Assembly: GCA_047624025.1 (NCBI GenBank)
Contig: JBLHPB010000002.1
Span: 910-64,909, forward strand
From: Zhongshania sp.
GTDB lineage: Bacteria > Pseudomonadota > Gammaproteobacteria > Pseudomonadales > Spongiibacteraceae
Reading direction: 5' to 3'
Length of the DNA: 64,000 bases
Position numbers and translations under genes: made by a program. A model generated the notes under the pieces. The model searched no databases, was not told the origin of the DNA, and saw only the letters and a program-made list of their open reading frames with translations. Of the stretch, positions 29,989-41,452 are shown piece after piece; position 1 is the first letter of the stretch, and every line of letters starts with the position of its first letter.

Positions 29989-31500
29989 TTGGTGTTAGTT
30001 AATCATCGCTTTGCCTTACTCGACCTTGAAACCACAGGCGGACAAGCCAGCGACGACCAGATTATGGAAGTGGCTGTGCGACTGATAGATGGTAGTAGTG
30101 GGCGGGAGGAGGCATGGCAGAGCTTGATTGATCCCCAGTGCAGTGTGCCACCTTTTATTCAGGGGCTGACCGGTATTCGGCAAGCTATGTTGCGTGGCAA
30201 GCCGGTTTTCTCGGCGCTCGTAGAAGAAATGTGGCAGCGTTTGGATGGCGCGATCTTGGTAGCACACAATGCGCGTTTTGATTATGGTTTTTTGCGACAC
30301 AATTTTGCTCGTCATCACTATGACTATCAGCCTAAAGTCCTTTGTACTTTGAGATTGGCTCGCAGTCTTTATCCCGATTGGCCTAAACATGGCCTGGAAG
30401 CCATCTGTGGCTATATTGGTTTTAGCCCAGATACCCATCACCGGGCGATGGCTGATGTCGATGTGATGAAGGCCTTTTTGGATTATGCTCGGGCGGATAA
30501 GGGCGACGATATTTTTCAGTTTGAGCTGGCTTTGCAAATAGGCCTGCCAGTATTGCCATCGTGTTTGCGCGCGGAGGATTTGGCGAAGGTGGCAAATACC
30601 CCAGGTAATTACCGTTTATACGCCTCGCAGGGTGAGTTATTGTATTTAGGGTATGACGAGGATTTACAGAGTGCGATTACTGGGCTTTTTAAACAGGCCC
30701 CACAAAACAGCAAGGTGATGGAATTGGCCCGTCAGGTACGTGGTATTAGCTACCAAGAGAGTAGGGGCTTGCTTGGTGCGGCGTTGAGGGGCAATTCGGC
30801 CTTAGAGTATGAGAAGCCACTGCTGCAAAACCGCCGCGCCACTGCGAGCAAACCCACTTGCCTGCGTTTTGTTACAGCAGCGTCGGGTGATGTACGTTTA
30901 CGTCTGCGCTTAGGGTTGCCTGTTAAGGCGCTTGATGGTGAGGAGAGGGTCGCAATTTTTCGCGACAGAAAGCAGGCGGCAGCAAAAATACTGGCACTTG
31001 CGCTTGAAAATGGTCTGTGTCTTCGGAGGCTCGAATTTGGCAAATTTGCAGAAGGGGAAAAATGTATCTCTTGTATTGCTGGGCAATGTAATGAGCGCTT
31101 GCAGGAATCAACGGCTGCTTTTAATCAGCGCGTGATCAGTGCATTCGCACCATATTTTTATCAACCGTGGCCTTATGCAGAGCCTATGTTGTTTGCCGAG
31201 GCTGTTGAGCATGATGAGTTACTTGAATGGCATTTAGTTGATACTTGGCGTTATGTGGCTAGCTTTTCCGTCAAACCAGCAGCGAAGTTGTGTTTCGGTA
31301 GTGCCTGCCGAGTTGATGCTGGGGGTATGCAAGCAGCCGAGTCATTATTGAATACCTATAAGCCTCTTGATGCTAAGGCGGTATTGGCTTACGGCAATTA
31401 TAAATTACTGCAATCACGGTTCGAGTTTTTATCTGCTTTACCTCTCTCGGTGTTTCTAGAGACGCAAGCGGGCGCAGGTATGTTGACAATAAATCCCTAA
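29989..31500 (+). CDS. DnaQ-like DEDDh 3'-5' exonuclease fused to a degenerate GIY-YIG/UvrC-like domain
   Basis: DLETTG, HNARFD, HHRAMAD; PGNYRLY...LLYLG; WPY motif. Confidence 0.85.
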   Translation: MVLVNHRFALLDLETTGGQASDDQIMEVAVRLIDGSSGREEAWQSLIDPQCSVPPFIQGLTGIRQAMLRGKPVFSALVEEMWQRLDGAILVAHNARFDYGFLRHNFARHHYDYQPKVLCTLRLARSLYPDWPKHGLEAICGYIGFSPDTHHRAMADVDVMKAFLDYARADKGDDIFQFELALQIGLPVLPSCLRAEDLAKVANTPGNYRLYASQGELLYLGYDEDLQSAITGLFKQAPQNSKVMELARQVRGISYQESRGLLGAALRGNSALEYEKPLLQNRRATASKPTCLRFVTAASGDVRLRLRLGLPVKALDGEERVAIFRDRKQAAAKILALALENGLCLRRLEFGKFAEGEKCISCIAGQCNERLQESTAAFNQRVISAFAPYFYQPWPYAEPMLFAEAVEHDELLEWHLVDTWRYVASFSVKPAAKLCFGSACRVDAGGMQAAESLLNTYKPLDAKAVLAYGNYKLLQSRFEFLSALPLSVFLETQAGAGMLTINP

Positions 31501-31624
31501 GAAGGCAGCGCAGATGCCAATCCATTGGCGATAGATCAGGGTATAATGGCAGGCTAGGTTAGTACTTCCTTATTTTATTTGTGCGTGTGTTGTATTTCCG
31601 CGCAGACAACAGTGAGATTACATC

Positions 31625-32803
31625 ATGGCGATTAGTTCTTTTCATCCTCCGCTCCGAATTTTAATGGGCCCAGGTCCTTCTGATGTGCACCCACGTATTC
31701 TTGAGGCGCTAGCACGTCCGACTTTGGGGCATCTTGATCCACTGTTTGTGGGCATGATGGATGAAACTAAAACTCTACTCAAATATGCTTTTCAAACCAG
31801 CAATGAATTAACACTGCCTATTTCTGCGCCGGGTTCGGCGGGGATGGAGGCGTGTTTTGTCAATCTGCTTGAACCTGGTGACACGGCGCTAGTGTGTGTG
31901 AATGGTGTGTTTGGCAATCGGATGATAGAAAATGTCACTCGTTGTGGGGCGACGGCGATACGGTTGGACTTTCCATGGGGCGCGGCGGTAGACCCCGCCG
32001 CTGTTGAGGCGGCATTAAAAGCAAATAGTGACATTAAAGTCTTGGCTTTTGTTCACGCCGAAACCTCTACCGGTGCGCTGAGCGATGCAGAAACTTTGTG
32101 TGGTTTGGCCAAGCAATATGGCTGCCTGAGTATTGTTGATGCAGTAACCTCAATGGGCGGCGTGCCACTGCTTGTAGATAAGTGGCAGGCTGATGCAGTG
32201 TATTCGGGTAGTCAGAAATGCTTGTCATGCACGCCGGGTTTGTCGCCGGTGACATTTAGTCCAGCGGCTGTTGCTGCGATTAAAGCGCGCAAGCATCCGG
32301 TTCAAAGCTGGTTTTTAGATATGAATTTGATATTGGGTTACTGGGGTGAGGGCGGTAAGCGTGCCTATCATCACACCGCGCCGGTCAACGCCCTCTACGG
32401 TTTGCATGAATCGCTGGTGATGCTGCAGCAAGAAGGCCTGGAAGCTGCATGGCAACGCCACACTACTATGCACAAAGCCTTGGCGGCAGGTTTAGAAAGC
32501 CTGGGTATTAAATTTGTGGTGGCGGCAGATCAGCGTTTGCCTCAGCTTAATAGTGTGTATATCCCCGAGGGTATTGATGACGCTTTGACACGGCAAACCT
32601 TGCTTACTAATCACAACTTAGAAATCGGTGCCGGACTCGGTGATTTGGCCGGCAAGGTATGGCGGATTGGTTTGATGGGCTACAGCGCGCGTATAGATAA
32701 TATTCGCAGCCTGTTAAGCGGGCTTGCTGGCACCATGTCCGCTCAGGGCTATGTCTGTGATGGACCGAGGGCAATAGTGGCGGCAGAGTCAGTCCTAGTT
32801 TAA
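31625..32803 (+). CDS. Alanine-glyoxylate/serine-pyruvate aminotransferase (class V PLP)
   Basis: LMGPGPS, VHAETSTG, DAVTS, SGSQKCL, YHHTAP, WRIGLMG. Confidence 0.93.
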   Translation: MAISSFHPPLRILMGPGPSDVHPRILEALARPTLGHLDPLFVGMMDETKTLLKYAFQTSNELTLPISAPGSAGMEACFVNLLEPGDTALVCVNGVFGNRMIENVTRCGATAIRLDFPWGAAVDPAAVEAALKANSDIKVLAFVHAETSTGALSDAETLCGLAKQYGCLSIVDAVTSMGGVPLLVDKWQADAVYSGSQKCLSCTPGLSPVTFSPAAVAAIKARKHPVQSWFLDMNLILGYWGEGGKRAYHHTAPVNALYGLHESLVMLQQEGLEAAWQRHTTMHKALAAGLESLGIKFVVAADQRLPQLNSVYIPEGIDDALTRQTLLTNHNLEIGAGLGDLAGKVWRIGLMGYSARIDNIRSLLSGLAGTMSAQGYVCDGPRAIVAAESVLV

Positions 32804-32949
32804 TAAGCACTTTTTACTATTTCTACGGGAATATCTGAGCTGCGCCAACAACTTAGGGCGCAGCAAAAACTTAGTTTATATTTCTCCTAGTGATTTATTT
32901 TGATACTTATCTGCTATTGTTCGATTAATGTGTTTTTGAGTGTGTTGAT

Positions 32950-33798
32950 GTGAGTTTAAAAAATCATTTGCTTGAGCAAATTAGGGCTGATTTATTACAG
33001 GCGATTGAAAATGATGCGGTGGTTTTGCCCACATTGCCTGAAGTCGCCTTGGGAATTCGGGAAGCTGCTAGTGACCCGGAAGTCAATATTGGCATGCTGG
33101 CAAGCATTATTGAGAATGATAGCTCTATTACGGCGCGAATTTTGCGAGTAGCAAATAGTTCTCTGTTGCGTGGTTTGCAGCCAACCATCGACGTTAAAGG
33201 AGCGATTGGGCGTATTGGGCTATCTTATACCAGTACCCTGGTAACGACTTTGGCCATGCAGCAAATATTTTTATCCACCAAAGAATCCTTGAATAAGCGC
33301 ATGCGCGCCATCTGGGTTCAAAGTGCCGATGTTGCTGCAATTAGTTATATCTTGGCGCGCTCTCAGCCCCATTTGAAACCTGAGTTGGCTACCCTAGCTG
33401 GTATTATTCATCAAATTGGTTGTCTGCCAATCTTGTCTTATGCTGTGGGGCGAGGATTTTTGCGGGATCATCCCGAGATGTTAGACCAAGCCTTATTGCA
33501 CATCAGTCCGGAAATTGGCCGAAAAATTCTTGAGGTATGGGGCTTTTCAGACGAGTTGGCCGTGGTGCCGGACTCGTATTTGCGCTTTGATCGTCAGGTG
33601 CCCCAAGCGGATTATACTGATTTGGTCACGGTTGCAACTTTGCGCAGTGCGGTCGGAACCAGTCACCCCTTGGCCGACGTTGATTGGGCGACAGTCAGCG
33701 CTTTTTCCCGTCTTGGTTTGCCAGTTTCCCCTGACGAGGAAGCCACGGATGATTACCAGCAGCAATTAGAAGTCATGCAGGGTTTGTTGCGGGAATAA
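32950..33798 (+). CDS. Stand-alone HDOD domain protein
   Basis: LPTLPEVA, D..I.ARIL.VANS, AI.RIG, LAGIIHQIG, W.F. Confidence 0.9.
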   Translation: MSLKNHLLEQIRADLLQAIENDAVVLPTLPEVALGIREAASDPEVNIGMLASIIENDSSITARILRVANSSLLRGLQPTIDVKGAIGRIGLSYTSTLVTTLAMQQIFLSTKESLNKRMRAIWVQSADVAAISYILARSQPHLKPELATLAGIIHQIGCLPILSYAVGRGFLRDHPEMLDQALLHISPEIGRKILEVWGFSDELAVVPDSYLRFDRQVPQADYTDLVTVATLRSAVGTSHPLADVDWATVSAFSRLGLPVSPDEEATDDYQQQLEVMQGLLRE

Positions 33799-33826
33799 AT
33801 TTTGGACTGCGCGATGTGCCAGTCAG

Positions 33827-34594
33827 CTAAAGGGTTTTCGGTTGGGCATCAAATTGCTGGCCGTTGGCTGCGCGACTGTCATCACTCATTAAATAAAGAT
33901 ATAGCGGCATAATGGTGTCTGGCAGCGGGTTGTCGCTGGGGTTTTCGCCAGGGTAGGCAGTGCGGCGCATCACGGTTTGGGTAGCCCCCGGGTTGATGGT
34001 GTTAACTCGGGTACTGTTTAAATCAAATTCTTCTTCTGCCAACACCTGCATAAAACCTTCGGTGGCAAATTTTGACACCGCATACGGCCCCCAAAACGCC
34101 CGACCTTTGCGGCCAACGCTGGAAGAGGTGAGTACAATTGATCCTGTTTCTGCAGCGCTGAGCATCGGCAATAGTGCCTGGGTCATCATAAAGGCAGCAG
34201 TAATATTGACGTGCAGCACGTCGTCCCAGCTCTCTGGACTGGTTTGTGCCAAGGTACGGCGCTCGCCAAGCATGCCAGCATTGTGTAAAAGGCCATCCAG
34301 GCGACCGAATTCTTTTTCAATGGTGGCTGCTAAATCCTGATAATCCTTCATGGCGGCGCCGCGTAAATGCATGGGGTATATCGCCGCTTGGGGGTAGCCC
34401 GCCGCTTCAATTTCATCGTAAACCGCTTCAAGTTTATCTACGGTTCGTCCCAATAGAACCACTGTTGCGCCGTGCTGGGCAAAGCTCAGGGCGGCAGCGC
34501 GGCCGATGCCGTCACCGGCACCAGTGACCAGAATAATTTTGTCTTGTAAGCATCGGGCGCTGGCGGAAAAGTTGCTGGGTAATAATGATGGCAC
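33827..34594 (-). CDS. yciK: YciK family SDR oxidoreductase
   Basis: TGAGDGIG, LHNAG.LG, SSSVGRKGRAFWGPYAVSKFA, MR..AYPGE; conserved position after mupP. Confidence 0.88.
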   Translation of the reverse strand: MPSLLPSNFSASARCLQDKIILVTGAGDGIGRAAALSFAQHGATVVLLGRTVDKLEAVYDEIEAAGYPQAAIYPMHLRGAAMKDYQDLAATIEKEFGRLDGLLHNAGMLGERRTLAQTSPESWDDVLHVNITAAFMMTQALLPMLSAAETGSIVLTSSSVGRKGRAFWGPYAVSKFATEGFMQVLAEEEFDLNSTRVNTINPGATQTVMRRTAYPGENPSDNPLPDTIMPLYLYLMSDDSRAANGQQFDAQPKTL

Positions 34595-34615
34595 GGTAAA
34601 TCCTCGGGCTTTGGT

Positions 34616-35296
34616 TTAAGCTTTGTGCAATTGATTGATAATTTTCTTCAGGCCGATGGCTTGATCAATAATATAGTCGGCCCCCCAGTCGTTGATGTCA
34701 TCGCCCTCGGAAATATACCCATAGGCACACGCGACCGTGCGCATGCTGGCGTGGCGGCCGGCGTCAATATCGCGGCGGTGGTCTCCGACATAAATAGTCT
34801 GCGCAGGAGCACAGGTCATTTGCTTGCAGGCTAAGTAAATGGGTTCTGGGTGGGGCTTTTTGTGTTTGACGTGGTCGGGGCAAATAGCGGTGGCGCAGCG
34901 TTGATCCAGTCCCATGGCCAGCAGCAGCGGCTCCGTAAAGCGTGAGGGCTTATTAGTCACAATTCCCCACTGGATTCCCAGTGATTCAATGTGATGCAGG
35001 ACCTCGGCCATACCGGGGAAAAAGCTGGTGTTCTGGGCAGTTTGGACTGAGCTGATCTGCGCGAGATAGCGATTTAGAAATTCTTCCAGCAGAGCGCTGA
35101 AATTTTCGCTTTCTTGGTCGCAATCAAAGCCTAGGCTGACCACGGCACGGGCGCCGTCGGACACGCGCTTGCGGACTTCCTGGTAGTCTTGAGCGGGCTG
35201 GCGGTGGTCAGCCAGCATAGCGTTTAAGACAGTGGTGAAGTCGGCGGCGGTGTCGAGCAGGGTGCCATCCAAATCAAATAAGACCGCTTGCAGCAT
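34616..35296 (-). CDS. mupP: HAD phosphatase (MupP/Gph-like)
   Basis: FDLDGTLLDT, VTNKP, KPHPEP, YVGDH.RDI; position after ubiG. Confidence 0.8.
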   Translation of the reverse strand: MLQAVLFDLDGTLLDTAADFTTVLNAMLADHRQPAQDYQEVRKRVSDGARAVVSLGFDCDQESENFSALLEEFLNRYLAQISSVQTAQNTSFFPGMAEVLHHIESLGIQWGIVTNKPSRFTEPLLLAMGLDQRCATAICPDHVKHKKPHPEPIYLACKQMTCAPAQTIYVGDHRRDIDAGRHASMRTVACAYGYISEGDDINDWGADYIIDQAIGLKKIINQLHKA

Positions 35297-36036
35297 TACA
35301 GTGGCTTCTTGACGTGAATCATATAATTTACATCGACGTCGCGCTCGTTTAAGCGGTAGGTCTGGAACAGGGGGTTATAGGTCAGCCCCGTCATATGCTG
35401 CATTTGTAAATCGGCCTCGCGCACCCAGTTAGCGAGTTCGGCGGGGCGAATAAATTTACTGAAATCATGGGTGCCTCTAGGTAGCATTTTCAGTACATAT
35501 TCCGCACCGATAATCGCGAAGGTAAAGGCCTTGGGGTTGCGATTAATAGTGGAAAAATAAATATCGCCACCGGGTTTACACAGTGCAGCGCAGGCGCGAA
35601 CAACCGAGCTGGGGTCGGGTACGTGCTCTAGCATTTCTAGGCAGGTGACAATATCGTAAACACCGGCTTCGTCTTCGGCGAGTTGTTCTGCGGTGGTTTG
35701 AAAGTATTCGACCTTGGTGCCCGATTCCAATTGGTGTAGGCGGGCGACGCTCAACGGCGTTTCGCCCATATCAATGCCTTTTACTCGCGCGCCGCGCTGG
35801 GCCATGGATTCGGAGAGAATGCCGCCGCCGCAACCAACGTCAACGACGCGACGCTCCGCCAGTGGTGAGCGCTGATCGATATAATTAACGCGCAGTGGAT
35901 TAATATCGTGCAGGGGTTTGAATTCGCTATTGCGATCCCACCAGCGATGCGCCAATTCTTCAAACTTGGCAATTTCGGCCGGGTCGACATTGCCGCCCAA
36001 GGCGGCGGAAGCTGTGCGTTGCATATTATTCCCCAC
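35296..36036 (-). CDS. ubiG: Ubiquinone biosynthesis O-methyltransferase
   Basis: [10 protein letters not shown]...[28 protein letters not shown]. Confidence 0.96.
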   Translation of the reverse strand: MGNNMQRTASAALGGNVDPAEIAKFEELAHRWWDRNSEFKPLHDINPLRVNYIDQRSPLAERRVVDVGCGGGILSESMAQRGARVKGIDMGETPLSVARLHQLESGTKVEYFQTTAEQLAEDEAGVYDIVTCLEMLEHVPDPSSVVRACAALCKPGGDIYFSTINRNPKAFTFAIIGAEYVLKMLPRGTHDFSKFIRPAELANWVREADLQMQHMTGLTYNPLFQTYRLNERDVDVNYMIHVKKPL

Positions 36037-37354
36037 TCATTTTTTTGCGCCAGATTTCTGTGCGGGCAAGAATGTCCCTAGTATCCAGCGTGGTCAGTTG
36101 GCCATTATCCAGTACTCGGCGGCCCATGATCCAGCTATGTTGCACATGTTGGCCAATATTGGTGTAAACCAGCTGCGAGACTGGATTGTATATAGGCTGT
36201 TGTTCGAGCGCTGACATATCAATGGCAATGATGTCGGCTTGCTTGCCCACTTCGAGACTACCGACTAAATGATCGATACCGAGGGCGCGGGCGCCGTTAA
36301 TGGTGGCCATTTCCAAAGCATAGTGGTCAGGGATGGCGGTGGCATCGCTCGCCACGGCTTTGCCCAGTAGGGCGGCACTGCGTAACTCGCTAAATAAATC
36401 CAGATTGTTATTACTGGCCGCACCGTCGCTGCCGATGGCGATGTTTATGCCCGCTTGCCGCATTTTCTCGATGGGTGAGAAGCCACTAGCCAGTTTGAGG
36501 TTGGACTCGGGGCAGTGCACCGCGTGACAGCCATAATTGGCGAGGGTGGCAATATCCTCGTCGTTCACTGCGGCGAGGTGTACGCACTGGGTTTTGGGGC
36601 CGAGCAAGCCCAGCTCTGCGAGTCGGGAGATGGGTCGCTGACCACCTTGGGCGACGGCATCATCGATTTCTTGCTGGGTTTCATGTAGGTGGATTTGAAT
36701 GGCAGCATCGAGTTCTGCTGCCAAGGTGACGACTCTTTGCAGTGTTTTGTCGCCCACCGTATAAGGTGCGTGGGGGCCAAAGGCGATGCTAATTAATTCG
36801 CTGTGTTTGTGTTCATCGAGCAAAGCGAGACCTTTGCGCAAGTATTCATCTGGGCCGCTGCCCCAGGCGCAGGGAAAGTCAAAAATCGGGAAACTAAGCT
36901 GGGCACGAATACCCGCTTTGCGAATCACCTCGGCAGTCGCCTCGGGGAAGAAATACATATCGCTAAAAGTGGTAGTGCCGCTGCGTAACATTTCGGCGAT
37001 GGCCAGTTCACTACCATCGCGAATAAATTGGGCATCTACCCAGCGTCCCTCGGCGGGCCAGATATGGTCGTTGAGCCAAGTATGTAAGGGTTTATCGTCG
37101 GTCATGCCGCGAAACAGGCTCATGGCAGCGTGGCCGTGGGCATTGATCAGCCCCGGCATCACTAATTGCTGATCGAGGTGGAGTATTTCCTTAGCTTCAA
37201 TGTCGGCAGCATCAGCGGCGGGAACAATGGCGCTGATAATGCCGTTGCTGATTGCTATTGCGTGGTTTTGCAGGAGTGTGGCGGCCGGTGCAATGGGCAG
37301 TATCCAGCGGGCATAAATAAGAGTGTCGACACCGCGAAGTGATGAGGCGGGCAT
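36026..37354 (-). CDS. mtaD: TRZ/ATZ family amidohydrolase (MTA/SAH deaminase-like)
   Basis: [39 protein letters not shown]. Confidence 0.85.
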   Translation of the reverse strand: MPASSLRGVDTLIYARWILPIAPAATLLQNHAIAISNGIISAIVPAADAADIEAKEILHLDQQLVMPGLINAHGHAAMSLFRGMTDDKPLHTWLNDHIWPAEGRWVDAQFIRDGSELAIAEMLRSGTTTFSDMYFFPEATAEVIRKAGIRAQLSFPIFDFPCAWGSGPDEYLRKGLALLDEHKHSELISIAFGPHAPYTVGDKTLQRVVTLAAELDAAIQIHLHETQQEIDDAVAQGGQRPISRLAELGLLGPKTQCVHLAAVNDEDIATLANYGCHAVHCPESNLKLASGFSPIEKMRQAGINIAIGSDGAASNNNLDLFSELRSAALLGKAVASDATAIPDHYALEMATINGARALGIDHLVGSLEVGKQADIIAIDMSALEQQPIYNPVSQLVYTNIGQHVQHSWIMGRRVLDNGQLTTLDTRDILARTEIWRKKMSGE

Positions 37355-37621
37355 AGGCGATTCCAGATCCTGTTAACAAAGCAGCAAGTATACCTGCAAA
37401 GCGGCACTTGTGGGTTGATTTGTGCGGATAGATCCTTGATTTACGGCGATTTTGAGCTGTCTACGGTCGATAAAATTATGCTATGCTTACCCCTTTATTT
37501 TCCGCTTTGGCTTCCTGTGCGGTTGTTTGGGGCGATAGCGGTGGCTTAAATACCGGATCAGGCCGATTTCGCGGCAACACTGCAGCGAAGCGACTGTCCA
37601 TAATAAGGAAAGATCCCGTTC

Positions 37622-40261
37622 ATGGCTGATATAGCTAAAGAGATTGTGCCCGTAAATATCGAGGATGAGCTGAAGCAGTCCTACCTCGACTATGCGATGA
37701 GCGTTATTGTGGGCCGGGCACTTCCCGATGTGCGTGATGGCTTAAAACCCGTTCACCGTCGGGTCTTGTTCGCGATGAGCGAATTAAATAACGACTGGAA
37801 TAAGGGCTATAAAAAGTCCGCCCGTGTGGTCGGTGATGTTATTGGTAAGTATCACCCTCACGGCGATTCGGCGGTATACGACACCATCGTTCGCATGGCT
37901 CAGCCTTTTTCACTGCGCTATATGCTGGTCGATGGCCAGGGTAACTTCGGTTCCATTGACGGCGACAATGCGGCGGCAATGCGTTATACCGAAATTCGTA
38001 TGCGCAAAATCGCCCATGAAATTTTGGCCGACCTCGATAAAGAAACCGTGGATTGGGTGCCAAACTACGACGGCACCGAAATGATTCCCGAGGTCATGCC
38101 GACCAAAGTGCCAGCACTATTAATCAATGGTTCTTCTGGTATCGCGGTGGGTATGGCGACCAATATTCCGCCCCATAACCTCACCGAAGTCATCAATGGC
38201 TGTTTGGCGACCCTAGATAACCCAGATATCACTATCGACGAGTTGATGGAGCATATTCCAGGGCCGGATTTCCCCACAGCGGCAATTATCAATGGCCGTG
38301 CTGGTATTGTTGAAGCCTACCGCACAGGTCGTGGCCGTATTTATATTCGCGCACGTGCTGAAGTAATAGTGGATGAAAAGACCCATCGCGAAACGATTAT
38401 TGTCCACGAACTTCCTTATCAGGTGAACAAAGCCCGTTTGATTGAAAAAATCGCCGAGCTGGTTAAAGAAAAGAAAATTGAAGGCATTTCCGAACTGCGT
38501 GACGAGTCCGACAAAGACGGTCTGCGCGTGGTAATTGAAATGAAGCGCGGCGAAAGCGGTGAAGTTGTTTTAAACAATCTTTACGCCCAGACCCAGCTAC
38601 AAAACGTATTTGGCATAAATATTGTTGCTTTGGTTGATAAGCAGCCGCGTATTCTCAACCTCAAGCAGCTTATTGAATACTTTATTCGTCATCGCCGTGA
38701 AGTGGTCACCCGCCGTACTGTGTATTTGCTGCGCAAGGCTCGTGAGCGCGGTCATGTACTGGAAGGTTTGGCGATCGCGATTTCCAATATCGACGAAATC
38801 ATTACCATGATTAAAGCTTCGGCAACTACCCAAGAAGCCAAGGACAGCATTATTTCACGACCCTGGCAGTTGGGCGATGTTGCTGGAATGTTGGAGCGCG
38901 CTGGCGAAAATGCCTGCCGCCCTGATGATCTGGAAGATATTTATGGCATGCGCGACGGTCAGTATTATCTGTCACCCGTGCAGGTGCAGGCGATTCTGGA
39001 TTTACGTCTGCAAAAACTGACCGGTTTAGAGCACGAGAAGCTACTGGGCGAGTATCAAGAGCGCTTGTTAGAAATTGCTGAATACATGAATATTTTGGCT
39101 AATCCTGACGTCTTGATCGCGGTAATTCGCGGTGAATTGGAGCAGGTTGTTGCTGATTATGGCGATGAGCGCCGCAGTGAAATTGTTGCTTCACAGCTAG
39201 ATTTAAATCACGAAGATTTGATTCCAGAAGAAGATCGGGTAGTGACTATCTCCAATGGGGGTTACGCCAAATCTCAGCCTCTGGATACCTATCAAGCCCA
39301 GCGTCGTGGCGGCATGGGTAAGTCGGCCACCTCGGTGAAAGACGAAGATTTTGTTGAGCATTTATTGGTGGTGAATACGCATACCACTATCCTGTGCTTC
39401 AGTAATATCGGCAAGGTTTACTGGTTGAAGGTCTACCAAATCCCAGTAGCAGGTCGCAACTCCCGTGGTCGTCCGATGGTGAATTTACTGCCGCTGGAAG
39501 GCGATGAACGCATCACCTCGATATTGCCAGTTAATGAATACACCGAAGGCTATTTCATCTTTATGGCGACAGCTTTTGGCACAGTTAAGAAAACGCCACT
39601 GGAAGCCTTCTCTCGTCAGCGCAGTGTCGGTTTACGCGCCATCGAATTAGACGAAGGTGATGTGCTGATTGGCACTAAAATCACCAATGGTGAAAACGAT
39701 GTGCTGTTGCTGACCAGTGCCGGTAAAGCGGCGCGGTTTGCTGAAAAAGATGTCCGCGCCATGGGCCGTACCGCTCGCGGCGTTCGTGGTGTTCGCATGG
39801 ACGAAGGTCAGCGTGCCATCGCCATGATTATTCCCGAGCCTGAAGGCCGTGTCTTGACCGTATCTGAAAATGGCTACGGCAAACGCACTCTGGTGGAAGA
39901 TTTCCCTGCCAAGGGTCGCGGCAACCGTGGTGTTATCGCCATGGCCATGAGTGAACGCAACGGCCCGCTGGTCGGTGCTGTACAGGTCTTTGAAGGCGAC
40001 GATCTGATGCTGATCAGTGATCAGGGCACCTTGGTGCGTACTCGCACTGATGAAGTGTCTATCCTGAGTCGTAATACTCAGGGTGTGCGAGTGATTCGTC
40101 TGAAAGAAGATGAGCATCTGGTCGGTGTGCAGCGGGTTGAAGAAGCGGATGAAGTTTTGCCGGAAGAGGGCGAGGATGGCGAAGTGGCAGTAGAGGCCGT
40201 TCCAACACCACCGCCAGCGGATGACGAGGCACCTGCTGCCGAAGATGGCTCAGCTGAGTAA
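37622..40261 (+). CDS. gyrA: DNA gyrase subunit A
   Basis: [23 protein letters not shown], GyrA-box QRRGGMG, acidic tail. Confidence 0.99.
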   Translation: MADIAKEIVPVNIEDELKQSYLDYAMSVIVGRALPDVRDGLKPVHRRVLFAMSELNNDWNKGYKKSARVVGDVIGKYHPHGDSAVYDTIVRMAQPFSLRYMLVDGQGNFGSIDGDNAAAMRYTEIRMRKIAHEILADLDKETVDWVPNYDGTEMIPEVMPTKVPALLINGSSGIAVGMATNIPPHNLTEVINGCLATLDNPDITIDELMEHIPGPDFPTAAIINGRAGIVEAYRTGRGRIYIRARAEVIVDEKTHRETIIVHELPYQVNKARLIEKIAELVKEKKIEGISELRDESDKDGLRVVIEMKRGESGEVVLNNLYAQTQLQNVFGINIVALVDKQPRILNLKQLIEYFIRHRREVVTRRTVYLLRKARERGHVLEGLAIAISNIDEIITMIKASATTQEAKDSIISRPWQLGDVAGMLERAGENACRPDDLEDIYGMRDGQYYLSPVQVQAILDLRLQKLTGLEHEKLLGEYQERLLEIAEYMNILANPDVLIAVIRGELEQVVADYGDERRSEIVASQLDLNHEDLIPEEDRVVTISNGGYAKSQPLDTYQAQRRGGMGKSATSVKDEDFVEHLLVVNTHTTILCFSNIGKVYWLKVYQIPVAGRNSRGRPMVNLLPLEGDERITSILPVNEYTEGYFIFMATAFGTVKKTPLEAFSRQRSVGLRAIELDEGDVLIGTKITNGENDVLLLTSAGKAARFAEKDVRAMGRTARGVRGVRMDEGQRAIAMIIPEPEGRVLTVSENGYGKRTLVEDFPAKGRGNRGVIAMAMSERNGPLVGAVQVFEGDDLMLISDQGTLVRTRTDEVSILSRNTQGVRVIRLKEDEHLVGVQRVEEADEVLPEEGEDGEVAVEAVPTPPPADDEAPAAEDGSAE

Positions 40262-40369
40262 AAGAAAATACGCTCTGGCTTTTTCATAGCGGTGTATAAA
40301 TGAGTAAGGACGGGCTGCGGCCCGTTACTTTTATATTTTGATGTAATTTTTCTGGAGTGACGATTTACC

Positions 40370-41449
40370 ATGGCGCGTCGTTATAATTTTTGTGCAGGTC
40401 CGGCTTCTATTCCTGAATCAGTATTGGCCGAGGCTAGCGCTCAGCTGATGGATTGGCAGGGGCGTGGTTTGTCCGTTATGGAAATGAGTCACCGCTCTGA
40501 AGAGATGGTGGGGATTGCCAACGAGGCCGAGGCCGATTTGCGCGAGCTGATGGGTATTTCTGATGACTATGCCGTACTATTTTTACAGGGTGGCGCCAGC
40601 TCTCAGTTTTCTGCTGTGCCTTTAAACCTAATGGGTGAAGGCAAGGTTGTTGATTACATCAACACCGGTGAGTGGTCAAAAAAAGCGATTAAAGAAGCCA
40701 AGCGCTATGCCAGGGTCAATGTCGCGGCCAGCTCCGAAGACACTAACTTCACTACCATTCCCGCCTTTGAAAGCTGGAATTTGAGTGATGATGCGGCTTA
40801 CGTGCATTACACCCCAAATGAAACCATTGGCGGTCTGGAGTTTTTCTGGACGCCGGAAACCAAGGCGCCACTGGTGGCGGATATGTCATCCACCATTTTG
40901 TCACGCCCGATTGATGTCAGTAAATTTGCGCTGATTTACGCCGGCGCGCAAAAGAATATCGGCCCCGCTGGATTAACGATTGTGATTGTGCGCAAGGATT
41001 TACTGGGTAAGGCCAGTGCCATCACGCCAACCATGATGGATTACAAAACCGCCGCTGATAATGACTCCATGTACAACACGCCACCGACTCTTGCTTGGTA
41101 TATGGCAGGTTTAGTCTTTAAGTGGCTGAAAGCCCAAGGCGGCTTAAAGGCGATGGAAGTACTTAACCGCCGCAAAGCCGAAAAACTCTACGGTTATATC
41201 GATGCCAGTGGTTTTTACAGTAACCCTGTTGAGGTGGCGAGCCGCTCCTTGATGAATATTCCTTTTGTTCTAGCAGACAGTGCTTTGGATAAGGCCTTTT
41301 TGGCTGGCGCTGAGGATGTGGGTTTATTAAATCTCAAGGGACATCGTTCCGTGGGTGGTATGCGCGCCAGTGTTTATAATGCGGTGCCAGAAGAGGCGGT
41401 TGATGCCTTGATCACTTATATGAAACAATTTGCCGAACAGAACAGCTAA
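40370..41449 (+). CDS. serC: Phosphoserine aminotransferase
   Basis: NFCAGP, MEMSHRS, YAGAQKNIGPAG, GHRSVGGMRAS. Confidence 0.98.
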   Translation: MARRYNFCAGPASIPESVLAEASAQLMDWQGRGLSVMEMSHRSEEMVGIANEAEADLRELMGISDDYAVLFLQGGASSQFSAVPLNLMGEGKVVDYINTGEWSKKAIKEAKRYARVNVAASSEDTNFTTIPAFESWNLSDDAAYVHYTPNETIGGLEFFWTPETKAPLVADMSSTILSRPIDVSKFALIYAGAQKNIGPAGLTIVIVRKDLLGKASAITPTMMDYKTAADNDSMYNTPPTLAWYMAGLVFKWLKAQGGLKAMEVLNRRKAEKLYGYIDASGFYSNPVEVASRSLMNIPFVLADSALDKAFLAGAEDVGLLNLKGHRSVGGMRASVYNAVPEEAVDALITYMKQFAEQNS

Positions 41450-41452
41450 GCT

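Noticed and set aside
40140-40261. Acidic GyrA tail as a tubulin-like substrate for the RimK/QEGLA module
   Set aside because: Acidic C-terminal tails are a normal GyrA feature, and nothing links it to that locus.
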